A DNA stretch of 64,000 nucleotides from Piromyces finnis finn. Its lineage: Eukaryota > Fungi > Neocallimastigomycota. Of this stretch, positions 55,654-64,000 are shown in pieces. The stretch covers positions 756,239-820,238 of the forward strand of contig MCFH01000021.1 of NCBI GenBank assembly GCA_002104945.1, read 5' to 3'. Numbering within the stretch: the stretch's first letter is position 1; each line of letters starts with the position of its first letter. The notes below the pieces were generated by a model that worked only from the letters and a program-made list of their open reading frames with translations, did not search any database and was not told the DNA's origin. The translations under genes were made by a program, and so were the position numbers.

Positions 55654-58110
55654 ATTAATAATTAATTTTTTTATTATTATTATCATTGATAATATAGCAA
55701 ATAATAAATATGCTTTTGTTAATAAAAACGTATAGTATGATTTACTATTTATTATTATTATATATTCCTATTATTTTTATGGTAATTTTAGTATATATTT
55801 TATATTTTTTAATTTCTTTTTATATTTTCATTCTATATGATTACATGATGTATTATTCTTATATAGAATATAAAATTGAAATCTACTTCTATTACCTTCA
55901 ACACTATTTAAACTAAACAAACTTTTGTTATCTTTGAATACTAATTACTATTTTTATTTTTAAAGTTATTTTTTTCTTTTGTATATATATATATATATAT
56001 ATTTTTTTAGTGATAAAAAAGTGACTGTTACATATATTTTTTTTTCAAAAAACTAAATAATACTCTAAAATAAAATATAATAATTAAAATATTATTTATT
56101 AATACCTTTTAGTTTTTATTTATTATTCTTTTTTTTAGTTATTAAAAAAGGAAAGAAAGAATTTCGTTTTTCAATTACAAATAAACATTTTTCGTTATTT
56201 ATATATTTTATTTTTTTAAAGAAGAAAAATAAAATCTTTTTTTTTATTCCTTAATATTATTTTTTAAAAAATTTAATTTAAAGAATTTATTAAATTAAAT
56301 CTAATTGAATAAATAAATTAAATATATTTTTTGATTTATTTAATATATGTAGTAATAATATTCATTCATAAAGATTCTAGATAGTAAATGATAAAAAAAA
56401 AAAACTTTATGGTATCAAGAATTCTTTTTTTTTTTTATGTATTTTAATTCTAATTCTAATTATTATGTATTTTTATCATTGTTACTATTATTACTTGGGA
56501 TTAGTATTGGTATTACCATTTGACTTTATAATAATTCAATAGAGTAATATATTATCAATTCTTATTCTTTTTTTTATTTTAAACTTTTATCAATATTTAA
56601 ATGTTGTTTTATTTTTTTTTAGATTCAAAAAAATTGAATTCCTTTTTTTTTTTAAGGAGAATTTCTTTTTAAAAAAATTATTTTAGATAATTTCAAGGGT
56701 TAATTTTTCCTTTTTTTTATTATTTCTTGATGATGGTAACCATAAATTTTTTTATCCTTTTTTTATACTATAAACAATATCTGATTTCTCCTATTACCAT
56801 ACTCATATATATTCTATATAGTATCTTTTACTTTTTTCATATAAAAAAAATGATTTCATATTGTTGATTTATGCATTTTTTATCAAAGGGTAAACTAAAA
56901 AAAATTAAACTATTATTATTATTATTATTTAAATAGTCCTATAATACTATATAATATAAATATAATAACTACTAATTTTCATTTAGAGATACCTATTAAC
57001 TATTTAATCTAGATTTCTTATAAAAAATATCCTATTAAATACCATTTTTTCATGCTTTTAATTTTGTATTGAATTACTTTTAAAATATATAATCCTAGAT
57101 AAAATTGATAATGACTTTATTATTACATTCTTATTACTCTATTATTATTCTATCACCATTATTATTCAATTCATTATTACTTCAATCTTTACTAATGTCA
57201 TCGTCATCATCCCTTAGCACCTACCATATAGAATATAGATAAATATTATTTTTTAAACTCTTAAATGTCTACATGGATGATAATGCATAGAATATTCAGT
57301 GTAGGGAATAATGAAATTTTTATGGTAAAATGGATAAATTAAAAAAAAAAATTAATATATCCAATAATAATTAAAATAAAATCATGTAATATATTATAAT
57401 ACATTGTATTATATTATATTAAATATTTTTAATTTATTTTTTTGATTTTGTACGACCTTAATAATTGCCAAAAGAATTTTTTATTTTTATTTGATTTGAA
57501 CCTTTCACAAAAATTTATTTTTAATTTATTTTTGATGTTTCATATTTTTTGTAAATTATTTGACATTTTATTTCAATTAATTCATTTAAATTTAATATAT
57601 TAAATAACATATAATAAAATATACATTAATTAGGCATATTTTTGTCATATTTTTTGTAATAATTAAGGATAATCGAATAAGATTCATTATATAATAATAT
57701 TATATAATAATATTAATAAAAAAAAATGTTATAGTAATAATAATTAAAAAAAAAAAAAAAGTAAATAAACCACCAAAAGAGTGTGAGGAAAAAAATTGAA
57801 ATCTTGATAGTATTAAATGAAAATATAAAAAAATATCAAGAAAAAAAAAAAGTATAAAAATTAATACGTAAAGATAGTAAAGTATTTAAAAACTATCTAA
57901 AAATCTAAAAACGACATTATTTTTAAATAAATTGGTCATTATCCAATAATAAAAAAAAAAGGGATAATTTGAAAATTATTTCAATATTTTATTAGATATT
58001 GTATATAAAAATATAGTAATAATAATAAATTATAAATAATAAAAATAGTAATATAATAATATAAATAAACTATCAATCTATAAACAATAGATAAATAAAT
58101 TTATAATAAA

Positions 58111-59808
58111 ATGAAAATTTATATATTTCCATTTCTGTTGTATATATTATTAAATTTAAGTTTATGTTATTCAGAATTAGTTATAAAAGAATATCATTTA
58201 AATTCAAAACATATTAGTCATGTCGACGGTTGTAAAAGAATAGATAATGATGATAATTTTCTTGTAACAAAGTATACCACAGTAGATAAAAAAAATAAAC
58301 AAAAAAGAGATAGAACTCCTTTAACTGAGCCCTTTGAAGTAACTTTTAATTATACTACTGGTACAAATGAACAATGGGAAATAATCAAGGAAAGTGTAAA
58401 TTATGCTAAAGAATTATTCAATTCAATATTTGGTAATAAGATTATAAATACTATTATTATTATTTTCTATTTTTTTTTAATACTTTATAATGATTGATTT
58501 ATATAAATATATGAATATATATATATATATATATATTTTTTTGTTTAAAATGATTTATTATACTTTCAATAATTTTTGATATGTATTCATACTAACTGAA
58601 TTATTATCTTTTTTAAAATTTATTAAATAAAAACTAAATTTTATTAATATATTATTGATAAAGATTTTTATACACCAATTAAAATTTTACTACAAATAGT
58701 TAATAGTGTGGAGAATAAAATAGCATTTACTGAACATGCAGTGTATTATCAATTAAAAAAACCAAATGAAAAATATGGATATTCCTATCCTGCACCCCTC
58801 GCAAAACAATTAATAACAGACATTCCAATTGATTTCGAAAAGAATCGTCAACATGATATTATAATTACATTTAATGGACGTAGTGTTGTAAGAAAAAATA
58901 ATTTAACTCCAACAATGGTTCATGAGATGCTTCATGGTTTTGGATTTTCTTCACTAATAAAAAGGGTTTTAAATGGTAAATTTTATAATGATGCTCCATC
59001 ATTTGGTAGAGAATATTATATGCCAGATATATTAACAATTGGTGATAAAGATACTGGAATGAAAGTAATTAAGGGATTTCTCCCAATTAATGTTTATGAA
59101 AAGAATTTTGTTGATATTGCAAATAACAATTATTATTTTGATGATTCTTTTTGTAGTATTACTGATATTGATCTTAATTATGAGATTCATGATCCACCAT
59201 ATTATTCTGAAAAGGAAAAGTTACAAGATCTAACTTCATATGTAGAGAGTTGGAGTGGAATGCAAAGAGGTATCAATCTTTATGAAAAAAGCCATCAACC
59301 AAAATCTACTGCCTTTAAAACAAAAGATGGAAGGCTTCTTTATGTTTGTACTTTTTCTAAATCGGATAAACCAGACTTCAATCATATTTGCTCACGTAAT
59401 ATGGTTTACGAATCCGAAGACGTATATAATATTGAGGCTGAATATGACGAAAATTTTGTTATGCACCCTTATAATATTGGTTTAGCTCTATCTAACGAGG
59501 AAAAAATACAAAAATATGGTAATGGTAAAACCATTGGTTTACTTAGTGAAGATATTATTAGTGCATTAGAAACAATGGGTTATCATAGAAAAGGCACTCC
59601 CCAAGATAATACCCAATATACTGTTGTTACCCAAGTTGTTAATACAGCACATACCTATATTGATGGCCATTTTGTTGATGATGGAACTTCAAATATAAAT
59701 CAAGTAATACAAGAAGAAGAAGAAGAAGATGGAGCTTTTTCTCTTTCCTATCCATCTTTAATTTATATTTTATTCATTACACTTTATTCCTTTATTACCC
59801 TTTATTAA
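58111..59808 (+). CDS. Secreted, probably GPI-anchored zinc metallopeptidase, paralog C (HEMLHGFG), 2 exons
   Basis: Signal peptide MKIYIFPFLLYILLNLSLCYS and a KR dibasic site before PFEV. Phase-1 intron from ~58432 (GTAATA) to AAG at 58661-58663 rejoins as ...NSIF|DFYTPIKI. Motifs YSYPAPLAKQL, HEMLHGFGF, GFLPINVYEK, TAFKTKDG, FNHIC, FVMHP and ETMGY. Hydrophobic tail. Confidence 0.85.
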
Positions 59809-61090
59809 ATATAACCAAATTAAAGAAATATAATATATACCTATAAAGATATAAATAGTTATACAATAAATGAAAGAAAGAAAGAAAGAAAGAAAAAAAA
59901 AAAAGATAAAATGAAGAAAATAAAAAAGAATAAAAAAATAAAAATAATAATATAAAAAGATAATGAGATAACAAATTATCATTGGACTTTTACCTAATTT
60001 ATTAATTAGAAAAAAAAAATTATTAATAATACAATATAAAACGAAGTAAAAGTAAAAAGAGTAAAAGAATTTATAAATGTTGAATAATTGAATCTTTTAA
60101 AAGAAAAGGTAGATTAATAAATTAAAAAAAAAAAAAAAACATATTATCGTTTTAAAAAACTGAAATATAGTTTTTTTTTAAATAAATAGGATGAATAAAA
60201 ATGAAAATAATTATAAAAAGTTAGGTATAGATTAGAATATCAAGTATAAGCTCCAAATTAAATTTCTAATAATATTATTATTATAATAATAATAAAAAAT
60301 GAAATATCTATTTAATAAATAAAAGAATTAATATTTTAGAAATGAATAATTGTATATTTGATGAATAAACGAGTAAGGTATTATTGTTTTCATAAACTAT
60401 AAAAATGGCATACATGCATATTTGATTAATCTTCAAAGGTATAACATTGTTAAAATTATAAAAAAAAATGGGTATTTAAAGCAAGTAAAAAAATACATCT
60501 TCTAATTATTGTGATAATTTTAAATTTTTTATATTATCAATTCATTTATCAATTCTATTTAATATTCAATATATTACTATATATAATTTAATATATAATA
60601 GTATATTATATTTAATAATAAAATCAATTCTTTCACAATATATTTTATTTTTTAAAATTTACTTTCTGTATAAATAAATTTTATTTTTTATAATTTTTTT
60701 TATTGCCATAAAAATATTAAAAAAAAAAAAAAAAGAAGCAAAAATTTCCCTTTAAAGTAAATTAAATTAATTTATCATTACACAATCAAAAAATTAAAAA
60801 GTTTAAAAAAAAGTAAAAAATGTAATTTGAAATCCTTTTAAAAATTACATTGAAATCCTTTTAAATTCCTTAATAATAAAAAGGAAAAGAAATAAAAAAA
60901 AATAAAAGCATTCAATAAAATACGGAAACAACAAGCAACTTTAATGAAATAAAATAAATAAAACATAAAGTAAAAGCAAAACATAACAAAATCAAATAAT
61001 AAAATTAAAAAAAAAAAAAAAAAAATACATGAATTGTATTATAATATAATATCTTTTTAGCCAATAAATATTTTAATATAATTACAAAAA

Positions 61091-61526
61091 ATGAATATAC
61101 TATCACTTATAATTAGCAACCTTTATATCATAGTAATATGGTTATGCTTTAATATTACTATTATTGTTCACGCATTTAATAATGATAATGTTGTTCTTGG
61201 TTTTATACCTTCTGAAATTGAAACTCATGGTATTAATGAAAGTTGTTCTCACCTTCATAATAAAAATTCATATCAAATAAAAAAATTTAAAATTGATATA
61301 GGAAATGACAAAAATAAAAATAGTATAACTTCTTTATTTTCAAAATTTGCAAAGTATATTGTTGGACAATCGGAAGAAGAACAAAATAATAACCAAAATC
61401 AAAATTTCATTGCTTTGGAACAACCTTTTGAAGTTGTTTATCAATGTGATTGTGATGATATTTATTGTGAAAGAATAAAGGATTCTTTTGAAAAAGTTCC
61501 TGGATATTTTACAAGTGCATTAGGTT

Positions 61527-61572
<46 letters not shown>

Positions 61573-62978
61573 GAAATTTATTTATAATTAATTTGAGTAA
61601 AAAAAAAAAATAAATATATATTATGCATTAATGTATTATAATTTGCAATTCCATATGAATAATAATAATAATAATAATAATAATATTTTATTTTATTTTC
61701 CAAAAAAAAAAAAAAAATAAAAAATAAAAAAAAGATATCTATAGCGCAATAAAAATTCGTTTAAATATTTTTTCTTTTTCTCAATCTGAAAAAAGGAAAA
61801 ATTCAACTGCATTAGCCATTACATCTCCACCACCCTATATAATTCTTAAAGATTCTGAAAATGGATGGCCTTTTTCTTATCCATACACTCTAATAAAACA
61901 GTTAAATACAAATATAAAAATTCAATATGATTCCAATATCACAGACTATGATATTAACATTGATATAAATACAGATCAAATGATGAATGATAAATATTTT
62001 ACTAGTATGCTAGCTCATGAAATTCTTCATGGTATGGGAATTTATTATATAATTAAACCACTTTCAAAAATGATACCTGATTTTGAATTTAGTCCTGAAC
62101 TAATAATGCCGCCTATAGATTATAATGTATATGAAAATGAAGAAGGAATTTTAAAAGAAATAAAAACTTTTCTCCCACCATCTATTTATGAAAAAAATTT
62201 TATAAATTTGGAAAAATTAATAAAGAATAAGGATTCCAATGATACCTCTAATTTTGTATCTCCTGATTATTATTTATTTAATGAAGATTATTATTTAGCA
62301 TTTAGGGATCTTAAATTAAAATATTATATTCATCAACCGATGATTGATGACTCCGAGAAAACTCAACTTCAACAGTTTAATGAAACCCTTTTTCATTGGA
62401 AGGGATATTCTATTGCTCATAATTTCTATAAATCCGCTACTTCTGAAAATGGTATTGGATTTTTAACCAACGAAGGTGATATTATTAAACTTCAAACTTA
62501 CAATAATGAATATTCTGGTGACTTTTTCCATGTCAGTACACCATATCATTGTGAGTCAATATCCAAATGTAGTATTGAAGATGAAACAGATCATCATCTT
62601 TTAAAATATGGTCCAAATTTCGTTATGCTTTCAAAATACTATGTATTTGATATGACTGTTGAAGAAAAAATTGAGGCATTTGCACCAAATAATCGCTATG
62701 GTCTTCTCGGAGATGGAATTGTACATATGTTAACTACGATGGGTTGGACAGAAAGAAATAGTACTAGAAATAATAAGAATTATATTGTTCTTAATTCAGA
62801 AGAATTAGAAAATCTACAAATTGTGGGACCAGTTCATCCAAACACTATAGAACTTAAACTTGATCATAATCAAAGTTTATTTTCCCTTATTTCTTCAGAT
62901 TCTAATATTTCATTCCAATATACTCCATTAAAATGTATCATTTTAACCTTAGTACTTACCATTATCTTTTTATTTTAG
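61091..62978 (+). CDS. Secreted, probably GPI-anchored zinc metallopeptidase, paralog D (HEILHGMG), 2 exons
   Basis: Signal peptide to ~IVHA. Phase-1 intron from ~61524 (GTTAGT) to AAG at 61732-61734 rejoins as ...TSAL|DIYSAIKIRL. Motifs FSYPYTLIKQL, HEILHGMG, TFLPPSIYEK, IGFLTNEGDIIKLQTY, FFHVSTPY, FVMLS and TTMGW. Hydrophobic tail. Confidence 0.85.
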
Positions 62979-63734
62979 ATAAGAAAAAAAAGGATATAAT
63001 TTAACTGATTTATATAAATATTTTTATTCTATAAATAATGATTAAAAAAAAAAAAAGTGGAGTTATTTAAAAATTTTATTTACTTAATTATTAAATTAAT
63101 ATTTTAACTCTGATAGTTATACCATAACGTCATTTTTTTTTTCATTATATTACAATAAACAGTTTTATTTCAAAAATTTACCCATATTTTTTACAAATTT
63201 AAATATTATATCCTTTTTCATTTTCTCATTATTTTTTAATAATTAATAAAACATTTTATTAAAAAAAAAAAGAATTGGTAGTAAGAATTAATTATAAATT
63301 TAAAACCATTTTATTATCCTATTTTTATATTTATGAATGTGCTATATAATTAATAATATATATAACTTTACACTAATACAAAGAAAAAACAACATTAAAA
63401 TTTCTTTCATTGATAGATCATAAAATTAAAAGTGGTTTAATTTTTAATTACATTATTTTATGTTGTATTACATCAATATTTAATTGATACATTATTTATT
63501 TCATAATGTAATAAATTGAATTGATGTATAATCTACCAAATCCTATTTAAAAATATTCTAAATAAATTAAATTTATTATTATTTTTTACCTGTTTAAAAA
63601 TTATTGGCTTATTTTATCAATTGAATTCAATTAATAATAGAATTTAAAATATATTCTAATATATGACATTAATATAATATTTAAAGTTAAGTTATAGTAG
63701 TTATAATTAATAAACAAAAAAAATATTTATATTC

Positions 63735-63813
63735 TAGAATCATAGCCTAAATAATCACCAGATAATGATTCATTATGGCTGTTCATTACCATGATTTTAG
63801 ACTATGATTTCTA
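63735..63813. repeat. Imperfect nested inverted repeat (hairpin or MITE-like remnant)
   Basis: TAGAATCATAGCCTAAATAATCA pairs imperfectly with TGATTTTAGACTATGATTTCTA. The inner ATAATGA-T-TCATTAT is a perfect mini-palindrome. Confidence 0.55.
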
Positions 63814-64000
63814 ATTTCGTCGAAATTAGGAAGATATTTTTTCTTGTTACACTATAAAATTTTCCTTTAAAGTATCTAGTTTTTTTTTTTTTTTTTTTTT
63901 TTTTAACAAGGCCTAATTATATTATTTCATTCTATCCATTGGTTTAATAAATATAGGTGTATTATATAATTATATAATTGTTATAATAATTATAACTCTT

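Noticed and set aside
55081-55916. 201-aa (NS)n/(IV)n ORF and a 68-aa Tyr/Ile-rich ORF
   Set aside because: Products of the TATTAC satellite and AT-rich low-complexity DNA with no coding signal.

Overview
Extremely AT-rich, intron-rich eukaryotic genomic DNA. Composition, short AT-rich introns, flagellar genes and long intronless ankyrin genes point to an anaerobic gut fungus (Neocallimastigomycota); this is an inference. There is no sign of prokaryotic features, rRNA, tRNA or CRISPR. I spliced the genes by hand from GT..AG boundaries. In order they are: a truncated minus-strand gene start, a TMEM128-like membrane protein, the ciliary transition-zone gene NPHP1, an ankyrin protein with a 77-Asn tract, the axonemal ruler CCDC40, an orphan Arg/Asp/Gly-repeat protein, SMPD4, BET3/TRAPPC3, cytosolic PheRS alpha, importin-4/KAP123, an orphan 118-aa protein with an internal HP motif repeat, a small 4-exon orphan, a second ankyrin protein and an ALE1-type MBOAT acyltransferase. 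Two things stand out. (1) Four divergent paralogs within 23 kb encode predicted secreted, GPI-type zinc metallopeptidases with leishmanolysin/GP63-like motif order (HExxHGxG, a distal His, a conserved Met). Three share one intron position and one lacks it. (2) Three 5'-truncated LINE (non-LTR retrotransposon) 3' ends each have a poly(A) tail and a 14-15 bp target-site duplication. Two of them, from different families, inserted 7 bp apart into the two arms of an inverted repeat that is visible only when the empty site is reconstructed.
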